Source of the DNA: Azolla caroliniana
Taxonomy: Eukaryota; Plantae; Polypodiophyta
Assembly: GCA_043228905.1 (NCBI GenBank)
Contig: JBHGNT010000012.1
Location: forward strand, 11,904,001-11,968,000
DNA length: 64,000 nucleotides
Direction of reading: 5' to 3'
A program made the translations under genes and the position numbers. The notes beneath the pieces are model-generated. The model was not told the DNA's origin and did not search any database. It was given only the letters and a program-made list of their open reading frames with translations. Shown piece after piece: positions 51,396-63,115 of the stretch. The stretch's first letter is position 1; each line of letters opens with the position of its first letter.

Positions 51396-51402
51396 AAAAT
51401 CC
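51337..51402 (-). promoter_or_regulatory. -1 ribosomal frameshift signal (G_GAU_UUU plus H-type pseudoknot)
   Basis: Slippery heptamer 51402-51396; UAG; 6-nt spacer; 8-bp stem; 6-bp loop pairing; -1 frame opens into ORF2. Confidence 0.75.
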
Positions 51403-53518
51403 TCCCGGTTCTCGCCACCGAGGGATTCGCGGTTTCGCTCGTGGTTCGGCCGCACCGTCAGAAATTGGACCGAATGGCGCCCGTCCTGGCTTTTGACCCT
51501 CGCGTAGGCCGAACCGTTGTCCAGCACCTTGGTCTCCATTCGCGTTGCCGTGATGTATGGTTCCCCTAATATGACCGGGTGCGAGGACGTCTCCTAAACG
51601 AAGAAGTGTTGGTCAATCTCGACGTCGCCGATCTTGACTCGCACGTTCGGGCAGGCCCCGTGCAGTTCCTCGGTGGCGCGCGTCGCCGCCCGTATCTTCC
51701 ACCCGTGCTTGGTGTTGATCGGCCACTTTCCCTTCTTATAGAAGTCCATGGACATTAGGTTTATTTCCGAACCATGGTCCACCAATGCCACCACCGGTTC
51801 CTGAACATCTCCGATCTTTACCGGGGTCTCCGTGGTCGCTTGGGCCCAGTGTGGCCTCGAATAGTGGCTCTCCGCCCACTCATCTTCCAGCGCCAAGTCG
51901 TCGATGTGCGTCATCCGCACCTCCACCGGTCTTTCCGGTTCCGTCTCCGTTGACAGCCTCTTCCGCTTCACCAAGTCCACAATGGAGTCGTGGAACTCCT
52001 TCTTAGCAATCCCTAGCACCTCCCGCAATGACAGCTCCACTTTGTTGTCGAGGATCCGCTCTTCTAGGACCTTTCATAGGTCCGTGGTCCTTTCTATTTC
52101 CGTCCCCAGTCGGTATCCGCCCTTCCTGGGGTTATCTTGCGCGCTGGACCCACCGGCATCGTTCCGTCGCTGCCCGAATCGAGTCTCGTATCGTTGTGAG
52201 GGCCCGGCCACTCCGGCTTTCCCCACTCGTTTGTCTTCTACTAGAGCCTCGTAGTTCCGGCAGGCGGCTTCTACGAAGCCCGTCTTCTCCTCGACCGGGT
52301 CGCTCCACCCGGTTATTTCCCGAACCCGTCTCTCAGCGCGGTCCGCTTCATCTTTCCTCAGCCGTGCGCCGGCGAGGCCTTCCAACATTGCCGACAAGAA
52401 TCCGTCTTTGCTCTCCTTTCGGGCCTCGCTGCCCCCGACCCGAATACCGGCCGACGCCGAGTAGTGGATGGCCTCCACATGTCGGGCCGCTGCCTCTTCC
52501 ATCAATCTCTTCATACCTCCTCGCCCGTCGTTCCGGTTTAGGGCCCTTCTGGTATCGCCGGCGTGCACCCGGCCTTCCCATAGGTACACCACCCGGTTCC
52601 TTAACGCCTCTGCGAAATCGCCGCAGTCCTTCCGAATGTGGCTGACCTCGTCGCACCACATGCACCTGTTCCCTGCTACCGGCCATCGGTCACGCGCCGG
52701 TTCGCCGCCTTCCCTTCGAGTCTGGGCGATCTGGAGATCCTTTATCGCCCGCGTCAACTCCTCCAGCGCTGCTCCTCCGGACGAGTCATTGACCATGCCG
52801 GTCGGAGCCGACCCGGTTTCGAGCCACTCCCAGGCTTCTGCCCTTCGCCCTTGCGGTGCCGGTTCAAGCCTCCTTGCTGTGACAGAGCCCGCACCGGCCG
52901 CCCCGTTATCAGCCCATTCTCGTCGTTTGTCGAAACGGCACAGACTCTCTTAACCGCAGCCCAGTCGGTCGTCGGCCCGTCTTCGGTTTCCAGCAAGGAG
53001 CCGACTTGATCCCGGTCCTGCTCGTCCACCGACTTGACGAGCAGTAGGAGCCGGCTCGTATCCAGAATGGTTCGGTCAAGCGCCGAAAGGCACGCAAAGC
53101 GTTTTTCAAACTCCCGGAGGAGTGCCGACGCGTTTCTTCCCTTGCCGAGGGACTCCACCCATTCCATGAAGTCCCGTTTCGAAAGCCGGAGCGCGTCGTC
53201 CAGCCCGTATTTTTCTTGGAGTCGGCCTTCGAACTCCTCCCAGGTACGACTCTCCGCCCGTACCTCCAGCACCTCTGCATGGATGCTCGGCATCGCCACT
53301 CGAGGGAACCCGGCAAGACGCCTTTCTTCCGGAATGTCCCGCATCAGCATTTCTGCCCCGTAGGACGCCAAATACTTCGTGGCATCCTTTCCGCTGAACC
53401 GGCCGATCGTACCGATGACCGCCTCAATGGCTCTATCGAGGGCGCCGGTGCCCTCGCGTGTGCTCAATATCCGATCCACGGCCGAAGCCATGGCCTCTGC
53501 AAGATCCGACCCCCTCAT
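51393..53518 (-). pseudogene. gag: ORF1 of M: Gag plus protease (one frameshift, two stops)
   Basis: CMWCDEVSHIRKDC knuckle; ALVDHGSEINLM and VILGEPY protease motifs in the same frame. Confidence 0.88.
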
Positions 53519-53540
53519 CTTCTGCTCTTTTGCCGCCTCT

Positions 53541-53558
53541 TTCACGTCGAGTTCACCA
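53541..53558 (-). other. PBS of M, complementary to tRNA-Trp
   Basis: Plus strand TTCACGTCGAGTTCACCA matches the plant tRNA-Trp 3' end as recalled (TTCACGTCGGGTTCACCA). Confidence 0.8.
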
Positions 53559-54298
53559 AGATGTTGAGGTATTCCTCGCGGATGCGTGGAATGAGGCGCG
53601 GCCTCGGGGTCTTGTACCGAAGAGCAAGAGACAAAGGAGAAGGGAAGGGACCCACTACGAGTGGGCGTAGATTCACAGGGACACGGCCCTTCGACACAAA
53701 GACGCGAGTGGGACACGACGCAGAGAGACACGAATGTATGTATATATATATTAACAAGGACAAGCAACAAGAAGCACGAAGTCGGTTACAACCGAACAGG
53801 CCAGCGAACAGATGCTGATGCCTATTCGTAAACGCTCAGAAAGAAAGGAGTAGGTGGGAGGTGCTGCCGGAAGCACTCGGGCATTCCTCAGAGCAGCGCG
53901 AGCCTCCCCGAAACCCTGCACAGAAAGAAGCTACGGATTATGGAAGAGAGAGAAGCCTTCGGTCCGCAACCCGACAGCACTTCATCCTCTCTTCGCGCGA
54001 TCCCTCACTCCTCCTCGTCTCCCTCCTTTTATAGGCAAGAAAGGAGCCATTTCCCATTAACTACCTATCGGATCTACCTACCTAGGATCTTCTATGTACT
54101 ACATAAGACGCACGTGCATGAAGAGCCGGTTCCTACGCTCCGGTGCACCGATTCCGCTTGTGGACGGTTTTCTTCACGACATCGTAACGTTAGTATTCAT
54201 CCTGTTTTTCACATTAGTCATCTAAAACCATTTTTAGGCTTTGGTGATAACACCATCACAATCCAAGATCTTGTAACATTAGAGGATTTTTCTTACAA

Positions 54299-55012
54299 AC
54301 CTCATGTTCCTAAATGAATTCTTGATTCTCGTACTAAACTTTTACGTTTTAAAGAGATTCGGCTATTCAAGATCAAATGGATGGATAAAACCATTAATGA
54401 TGCCACATGGGAACATGAGCATACTCTTAAGGCACAATTTCCTCACTTTGTATTGCAAGAGTGCAATCTTTTGAAGTAGGGGAGTATGTTATGTACACAT
54501 AACGTAGGTGAGGGTAGGTCACTAATATTTACAAAGGTGAAGGGAATATTCACTAATGTTAAAAAAGGTACTAATGTGATTGGATAGAAGGAATGATAGG
54601 TGCATCCACTATCATGATTTGGACAACCAATGAATGGAGAGCCTTTTAAAAAGGCACCTCATGTTCCTGAATGAATTCTTGATTCTCGTACTAAACTTTT
54701 ACGTTTTAAAGAGATTCGGCTATTCAAGATCAAATGGATAGATAAACCATTAATGATGACACATGGGAACGCGAGCATACTCTTAAGGCACAATTTACTC
54801 ACTTTATATTGCAAGAGTGCAATCTTTTGAAGTAGGGGAGTATGTTATGTACACATAATGTAGGTGAGGGTAGGTCACTAATATTTACAAAGGTGAAGGG
54901 TATATTCACTAATGTTAAAAAGGATACTAATGTGATTGGATAGAAGGAATGATAGGTGCATCCACTATCATGATTTGGACAACCAATGAATGGAGAGCCT
55001 TTTAAAAAGGCA
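54299..55012 (+). repeat. ~357-bp tandem duplication of F chromodomain + PPT + LTR start
   Basis: Units start at 54299 and 54656; LTR starts at 54487 and 54843. Confidence 0.9.
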
Positions 55013-57719
55013 CATCTATTCAAGGGGCCTAGGAAGAGGTATAAATATGAGGCTTAGCTACCCTCGTAAGCAAATCATGTCAGAAGGCTGTTGTCTTAGG
55101 CACTGGTGGTGTGGGCTAGGCTTTCGTCTCAACGATCGTGTTGATCTCTTCCAAGGTATTAGTCATCCTAATATCCGATGGTTTGGGAGGTTGGTGGTAA
55201 GTTGGCTATGTCTAGATCATAGTTAGGGGGTGGTCGGGTGGAACGGGTTCTTCTATCCAATCTATTTTCCTTCTTTTTACTTTATTTTGGTCTATTGATT
55301 AGTAATCAATTCTTAACACACCCACTGCGTAACAGCTCTCAGTCTAATTCGAAACCTTGAATTCATACTCGGACATGTGTTTTCGATCTCGGCGATCGTT
55401 CTATGTCTATAAGGATTGGGCGCGTACACGATTCTACTCGGCAGACCATGGCTTCGGACAACTAACATCAAGCAGAATTGGCAACAAAATGTCATCACCT
55501 TCCGCCGAGGTAAGACAAAAATTCAGGTCCCGACCGAAGAGCGAACAACGACAACCAAGGAAACAACACCACTCTATGCCAAGGGATAGCATTTGCTCGA
55601 TGGGTTGGCCGATGACGAAGTTGACGAATACTTGGAAGAAAACCCGAAGAACATACCACTTCTTGAAATTGATGTCATTGAAGCAATCAGCCCATAAGTG
55701 TCCGAGGGGGACACTGAGGTGGAGGAGACCTTAAGGGAAGCAAACCCTAAATCGGTGGACGAATTACGTCATGCCCATGAAGCACTTGAGCGGGAAATGA
55801 CTATCTCCCTACAAGTGAAAGCCTCAACAATGGAAGAAGTCAATCTAGGCACAATCGACGACCCTCGGCTGATTAACATCGCTAAAGAGTTGGCACCGAC
55901 TGAGAAATCGGCAATGGTAGATCTATTAAAAGAATACAAAGATGTATTCGCATGGTCATACGGTGACATGCACGACCTCGACCCCAGGTATCATCAGCAC
56001 TAGATACATCTAAATAAAGACGCTAAACCAGCATAGTAGCGGTGGTACCGTATGAATCCAAATTACGTGGCCAAAGTAAAAGATGAAATTGACAAACTAC
56101 TACAAGTCAGTTTTATACGACCAGTTAAACAAGCCACATGGCTTAGTCCAATTGTGGTGGTGCCAAAAAGGAATGGGAAAATCCGAGTTTGTGTCGATTA
56201 TAGGAAACTCAATGTTGCAATAATCACATATGCATTCCACTACCCTTCACCAACGACATACTGGATGTAGTAGCGGGAGACAAGATCTACAACTTCATGG
56301 ACGGGTTCAGTGGCTACAATAAAATCCAAATGCACCTGGATGACCAAGAAAAAATGGCATTCATCACGGAATGGGGCATTTTTATGGTAGTCATGATGAT
56401 GTTCAATCTCAAAATAGTGCCTACCACCTTCCAAATGAATCATCATGGAAATCTTTGGGGACTACATTCCCGCATTCATGCAAATCTTTTTAGATGATTT
56501 CGTAGTATATGGGCATCAAATTGAGCACCTCGACCACTTGCTCCTCTGCCTAGACAAATGCCAAGTAGCCCGACTAAGCTTAAATCCTACGAAATGTGCA
56601 TTTAGTGTCACTAATGGGGTACTACTCGGACATATAGTCCGTTGAGAAGGGATCGCGGTGGATCCCGACAAAGTCAAAGCCATACTCGAGGCTCTAGCAC
56701 CGAAAACCATGAAAGCCTTGAGCCGATTCTTAGAACAAATTCAGTGGCATAGCCGAATGCTCCGCTACCTAACCAATTTTGCAACACCCCTACATGCGGT
56801 AGTTCACCGTACGCCGTTTCGATGGAACCCCATTGAGGAGAGGGCATACAAAACTATAAAAGAATACATGCGGAAGCGTATACGAAAGATACAAAGTATA
56901 ATCGGTTGTCCGAAACACAAAGAAATGGATACACAGTGAGAGAGAGACTGACTCTCAGTACATACAATGTGCTCATAGAGCACTTTTATACAAGCCCTGA
57001 CGAGTGGGTTGACACAAGTACCATCAATACTTTAATACTCATAGATGAGCCTGGCACTAACTCTACCTATAATATTCCTATTTACTAAAAATGGGAATAT
57101 AGGCCCCTAACGGCCTTCTGGCTCCCCACCGATCATGCCTAGCCGACCGGTTTCCATCTGATCAGGCTCTCGGCTTTTTCAGCCAATTCGAGCCTAACCG
57201 ATCGGTTTCCATATGATCCAGTTCTCAGCTTCTTCAGTCGATCCGGCCCAAGTTGAGCTTGCACGTTCAACACTCCCCCTGAAGGTCAACTTGAGGTTGG
57301 CTCGTTCTGTCAACATCTACTGATTCTGGCCTCCGACTCCTCCTGGCATCTTCATGCCTTGCTCGTGCTCCTCGTGTGGTCTGGTCCCATGTTCCATGAC
57401 CCCTCCGGTTCTGTGCTCCTCGACCCCTACAGTCGATATGTATGTTGTCCAGGCCCTTCTCAAATTTCTCACTATTGTGATATCGGCGCCCCTCGACCCA
57501 TTGGCTCCTTCGTATCGGCATTGGCTTCGGCTACCTCCTTGTCCGCTTGGCCTTCATATGATTTGGCTCTCCTGAATCAAACTCCTTGATCGAATCGGCT
57601 ATCTCTGATTCCTCTTCCATCTTTTCTGAATTGGCTATCTCCAATTCACCTTTCTTCTGGCGTTTGATCACATCTACGCATGTCTTGGTTCTGGCCTTCT
57701 TCTTTTGGTCGGCTCTGTC

Positions 57720-60700
57720 TGTTGGGGACAAGGTCGTCAGTGCGGAAGAACAAACAACATCTGTGATGTTGAAGGACCTGTGTATGAGAATGAACAAGAT
57801 ACACACTGAGAGAGAAAGAGAGAGAGAGATAGGCACAACGAAACATTTTATTTCTTAATAGCAACAGTTACAAATGACAACCAACCCTTTTACTAAAGGT
57901 TACAAAGTCACTTTATATAGTGATTATCCTAGGGCAATTTCCCTTTATGCTATTTACAGAAATAGCCCAAACTTGGGCTATCCAAAGGGACAGTGTGAAT
58001 ACGGCCATTATACACTCATATTCGACACTCCCCCGTAATGGGCGTATACATGGGTTATCTGAAATTACACGTATATACAAGGTTTATCGGATAGATCGGT
58101 TTTGTTCGAGTCAGCAAGATCTCAAGACTGAAGACTGAATCGGTCCTGTGTTGTGTGTCTGACTTTAACTGGACCGATTTTTCGTTACGCCCATCTGGTG
58201 CCGAAAGGACCAGAAACGATCCGCCGAAAGACACTTGGTCATTCCATCTGCGACATTATCAGTTGTGGATATCTTCTCGAGACCGATTTTCCCTAAAATG
58301 ACGCAATCCTGAACAAAGTGATATCGAATGTCGATATGCTTGGAGGCGTTGTGGTGAACCTGATTTTTTGACAAAGCAACAACACCCTGATTATTGGTGT
58401 AGACAACTGGAGCCGAGTCGAGGTCAACTTGTCGAAACGTGTGCGCCAACCGACCGAGCCATAAAGCTTCTTTTGCCGCGTCAGACGCAACTACATATTC
58501 CGCTTCGGTCATTGAGGTGGTTGTGCACTCCTGAAGGTTCGACTTCCACAAGATTGCTCCATTGCCAAATTTGAAACAATATCCGGTTGTTGATTTCCGA
58601 CTGTCCACACAACCGGCGAAGTCCGAGTTGGTGTAACCGACTATGCCTGAGGTTGAGTTCGAGCCAAAGAGAATGTCGTGGTCTTTTGTGCCAGCTAGAT
58701 ATCTGAACACATGCTTGACTGTGTTCCAGTGCGATCGGCCTGGGTTGTGCATGAATCTGCTAACGACTCCTACGGCATGAGAAATATCAGGCCATGTCAC
58801 GACCATCGCGTACATAAGGGAGCCGACTGTCGGTGCATACGGTACCGACTTCATATCTTTCCCCTCCGGATCGGATGTCGGGCAGTCTCGTTGAGACAGC
58901 CGAAGGGTAATGGGGAGTGGGGTCGAAGCAGACTTGGCCGAGTACATGTTGAAGCGTTCCAAGACACGGCTGATGTAGTCGGTTTGAGACACAAAAAGTT
59001 GTCGTTTATCGCGATGCTGACTAATCTTCATACCAAGTATGTGTCTTGCCGGACCGAGGTCCTTCATGGCAAATTTCAACCGCAGTTTTCGAACGAGTTC
59101 GGTGAGCTCTCAGGCATGTCAGCCGGAGAGTAGCATGTCGTCCACGTAAATGATGAGGAAGATGGGAGACCCGTCTTGAGCTGTTTTGGTGAAGAGACAG
59201 TGGTCCTCATCTCTTTTGGAGAAGCCGACCGACTGGATGAAGTCGTCAAACTTCTTGTACCACTGTCGGGGTGCCTGTTTCAGGCCGTATAAACTCTTCC
59301 TGAGTCGGCAGACTAGATGTTCCTGGACGGATGCCACAAAGCCTTTCAGCTGCTCCATATAGATTTCCTCCTGTAGGTCACTGTGGAAGAATGTCGTTTT
59401 TACATCTAGTTGAATCAACTCCAAGTTATCGGCGGCCACGACACCGAGCATGAAACGAAGGGTTGTCATTTTCACCACTAGTGAAAAGATTTCGTCGAAG
59501 TCAATGCCATATTCTTGTCGAAATCCCTTCGCAACTAATCTGGCCTTGTACTTTGGGTTGGTCAAGTCAGACGTCTCTTTTGGTCGATAGACCCACTTAC
59601 ACTGAAGAGCACGTCGATTCTCAAGTAATTCGACCAAGTCCCAAGTCTTGTTTGCACGAATGGAGTGCATTTCCGACTCCATCACCAGATGTCAGGTGGC
59701 TGAGTCGGTAGATGCGGATACTTCTTCATAAGACGTCGGTTTGCCGGCGTCGGTAAAGAAAATTCTGGGAGAGTACCTTTCCGGAGGTTTTGACAGTCTC
59801 TCGGATCTTCGAGCTATGACTAGACTGGTCACACCGGGTATAGGTGTCGGATGGTCGGAAGCCGAGCCATTCAGTTGTGCTGAATCGGTGGATTCAGGAC
59901 GGGAGGTGTCGGTTACCCATGAAACCGATCTCGTGTTGTGGGTTGGGCCTTCATGAAGGGTTGGCACTTCGGAAAATATTACCCCTCGGACTTCAATAGG
60001 CCTTTCGACCGTTTTATGCATAGCTGACTCGTTGAACACGACGTCTGAACTTCGGACGATTTGTCTATGCTCGGAGTCCCAGAGTCAGTATCTGATCTCG
60101 TAGTCGGGTCCATATTCAAGGAAAATGCACTTCCTTGATCTTGGTTCGAGTTTCTAGCGGTCGTCTTTCGAGATGAGGGCATACGCCTTGCAGCCGAAGA
60201 TCCTCAGCTTGTCATAATTCGGCTTACTACCGGTCCATGTTTCCTGAGGTATTTTAAGTCCTAGAGGTCTACTTGGTGACATATTTATTATGTGTACTGT
60301 CATAAGTAGACCCTCCGTCCAGAAGCCATCCCACAGTCCGGAGTGTTGGAGCATGGATATTATGCGTTCTTGAATCGTCTGATTCATGCGTTCAGCAATT
60401 CCGTTCTGCTCCGGACTATAGGGTGCCATATATTCACGTCGAATGCCGCGTTCCCGGCAAAATTTGACGAATTCGTCAGACTTGAATTCTCCTCCATTAT
60501 CGGTTTGGAGACATTTTAGTTTCCGACCGGTTTAGTTTTCGACCATTGCAAGCCATTCAGAGAAGATCGAGAACACCCGATCTTTGTTTCTAATGGGGTA
60601 AGCCCACACCTTCCGAGTCGAGTCATCAATAAAATTGACGAAGTACAAAGCACTGTCGAGACACTGATGTGGCATTGGGCCACAAACGTCCAAGTGGACC

Positions 60701-63115
60701 AAATCGAGGGGACTCGATTCTCTTGGTGCTGATGTCGGGTGTGATGCGGCTACCTGTTTGCGCAATGCTCGCAGAATTGGTGATCCGAGAAGGAGAGCTT
60801 GGGGATGTAACCGGCTCTAGATAAGTGCGTTATGCCGGCCTTGCTGAGGTGTCCAAGTCGTCCTTGCCATAACGATGACACGGGGATATCAACCAAAAAT
60901 AAGTCACCCTCTTTGAGTGTGACATATAAAGGGTACAAAGAGTGTACCTTTGGTCCTCGAGCAAGCAGGAGGTTCCCTTTGTGGAGTGTCCACCTCCTGA
61001 TGAGAACCTGGCATGGATGCCGGCTTCGTCAAGTTGTCCAACTGAGATCAAGGGTCTTGAAAGCTTAGGAACGTGTTGGACGTTGTGTAGTACGAGTGTA
61101 GAGCCACCCGGAAGGTTGAGCTCTCCGGTGCCGATTCCGATTCTAGCACAGTGAGAGTTCCCGACTCGAACTAAGTCGGAGTGTCGGTCCGAGTATTGCC
61201 GAAACTGAGATTGTTGAGGTGTCACATGATACAATGCGCCCGAGTCTAGGAGCCATGTGCTCGATTCCTCAATCGTAAGCAGAACTTCTGATTCGACTCG
61301 GTTCTCTATGGACAGTATGTTCGGGTCGATCGTCAAAATTTCGGCTGAAGAGCCGACGTAGTTGACCTCCTCATGCTGGCTACTCTTTTGATTCTCTCTC
61401 TGAGCTTTGTCGGTTTTTGCTTTGAGTGCCCGGCAATCGGCTTTGATATGTCCTAGTTTCTTGCAGTAGTTGCAGATTCGATTGTCCCGAGACTTGCTCC
61501 GGCTTCGCTGAGTGTTCGGTGGTTGGGAAGAACTTCTTCCCCGGTTGTTCGGTCAGTCGGTCGAACCTTGTACTACGTAAGCTTCATCTGCTGAGTCTTT
61601 GGCGAAAGACTTTCTCTGAGCTACTTCAGTCAGGATTGCGCTCGTGATTTCGGAGTACTTAATGGTAATTGTTGAAGCACTGCACACGGTTGTGACGAAA
61701 GTTTCCCAAGAAGAGGGGAGACTACTCATGAGTATCATTGCTCTGAGCTCATCCTCTATTGCCTTCCCCTGAGACGATATTTGGGAGCTTAGGCTTTCGT
61801 ACTTGTTGAGGTGTCCCTGAACCGAATCGGATTCTTTCATTCGCAAGTTGTAGAGGTGCCGAATCAGATACATCTTCGTTGCGACAACCTTCTTTTCATA
61901 AGTTTCTGATAGTGTTTTCCAAAGTTCAAAAGCTGTCGAGCATGATTGCACTGTGAAGTACACTGACTCCGACAAGTGCATCCGAATCGTGGCGCGGATG
62001 ATTCTGTCCAGCTTTAGCCACTCGTTTGCCTTGTATGCTTCTGGAGGATTATCATTCTCAATCGGGTCTATCTGACCCTTGACTATGAGATAGTCATGCA
62101 TTTGTTCCTTCCAAAAGTTGAAGTTCGAACCGTCGAACCTCCTTAGACTCATCTCCGATGAGCCGGATGTTGATGCCATCTGATTTGGTTTCAGTTGGTA
62201 AGACTCTGTTCGGACTTGACTAGGAACCTTAGTTGGGTGCAGCGGGTCAACTCACCCGATATCGTTCTAGTCGGTCTTGAACCCGAGTCGGTTTGGTTTC
62301 AGATACTTGTTTGCTGAACCTTCTTAGAGAGACTCCGGTTAGCTTCCGATTGTATGCCAAATACCGATCACAAGAAACTGATTGTTTAGGCCGATTCTGC
62401 TTCGGATGACTGCAGCGATGAGAGGGACGGATCCAACTGATCCTGCCGAATGTTGATCGGCCAAATGAAGCACGAATTTGGTTGTTGCCTGGAGACCAAT
62501 CTGCAGCGGGTGGTTACAACAAGCGGGTGAATAGCGTCCGATGACCTATTCGGATGTTTAACCAAATGAAGCACGATTGGGTCGGTTGTTGCACAAGGAG
62601 CTCACCTCAAATGGTTACACTCACAAGAACAGAGTACAACCAACTAGCTTACTCCAATCACCGATTTAACACAGTGAGATGCAGACTTCTTATTTTTGTC
62701 TTCTCTCTTCTCTGTTCTTCAAGAAAAACAAAAACAGAGTGTTGTGTTGTGTACTATGATGGCCAGTATCAGGTTCAGGACCCTCCAACCCTCTGATACC
62801 AAATGTTGGGGACAAGGTCGTCAGTGCGGAAGAACAAACAACATATGTGATGTTGAAGGACCTATGCATGAGAATGAACAAGATACACACTGAGATATAT
62901 ATATATATATATATATATAAGCACAAAGAAACGTTTTATTTCTTAATAGCAACAGTTACAAATGACAACCAACCCTTTTACTAAAGGTTACAAAGTCACT
63001 TTATATAGTGACTATCCTAGGGCAACTACCCTTTATGCTATTTACAGAAATAGCCCAAACTTGGGTTGTCCAAAGGGAAAGTGTGAATACGGCCATTATA
63101 CACTCGTATTCGACA
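57720..63115 (-). mobile_element. Element J: full-length decayed Tnt1-like Copia
   Basis: LTRs 57720-58027 and 62804-63115; TSD CTGTC at 57715-57719 and 63116-63120; iMet PBS 62791-62801; PPT 58028-58034. Confidence 0.95.
58165..62179 (-). pseudogene. gag-pol: gag-pol of J, fragmented
   Basis: FDGSNFNFWK, WLLDSGA, PEQNGIAER, YVDDML, KHIDIRYHF motifs. Confidence 0.92.

Larger units (their letters stand above)
47207..54181 (-). mobile_element. Element M: young GC-rich non-chromovirus Gypsy, tRNA-Trp primed, 4-bp TSD
   Basis: LTRs 47207-47827 and 53562-54181; TSD TCGT at 47203-47206 and 54182-54185; PBS 53541-53558; PPT 47828-47836. Confidence 0.95.
28106..55318 (+). mobile_element. Element F: decayed chromovirus Gypsy hosting H, G, I and M
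   Basis: LTRs 28106-28578 and 54843-55318; TSD CACCC at 28101-28105 and 55319-55323; degenerate iMet PBS 28580-28591; gag 35371-36055; pol 44372-47206 and 54186-54480 with chromodomain. Confidence 0.9.
20601..56854 (+). mobile_element. Element K: old A-like Gypsy host, present as pieces 20601-21227 (gag), 26939-28105 (gag/PR) and 55319-56854 (PR/RT)
   Basis: Pieces join across the TSDs of E and F and are colinear with A proteins (CTTCLNPGHSTIEC; LLGRPWL; WLSPIVV; FLDD); many stops. Confidence 0.85.

Noticed and set aside
47959-53818. Many overlapping and antisense ORFs in M (and in E and G)
   Set aside because: Expected shadow ORFs of GC-rich coding DNA; no recognisable motifs.
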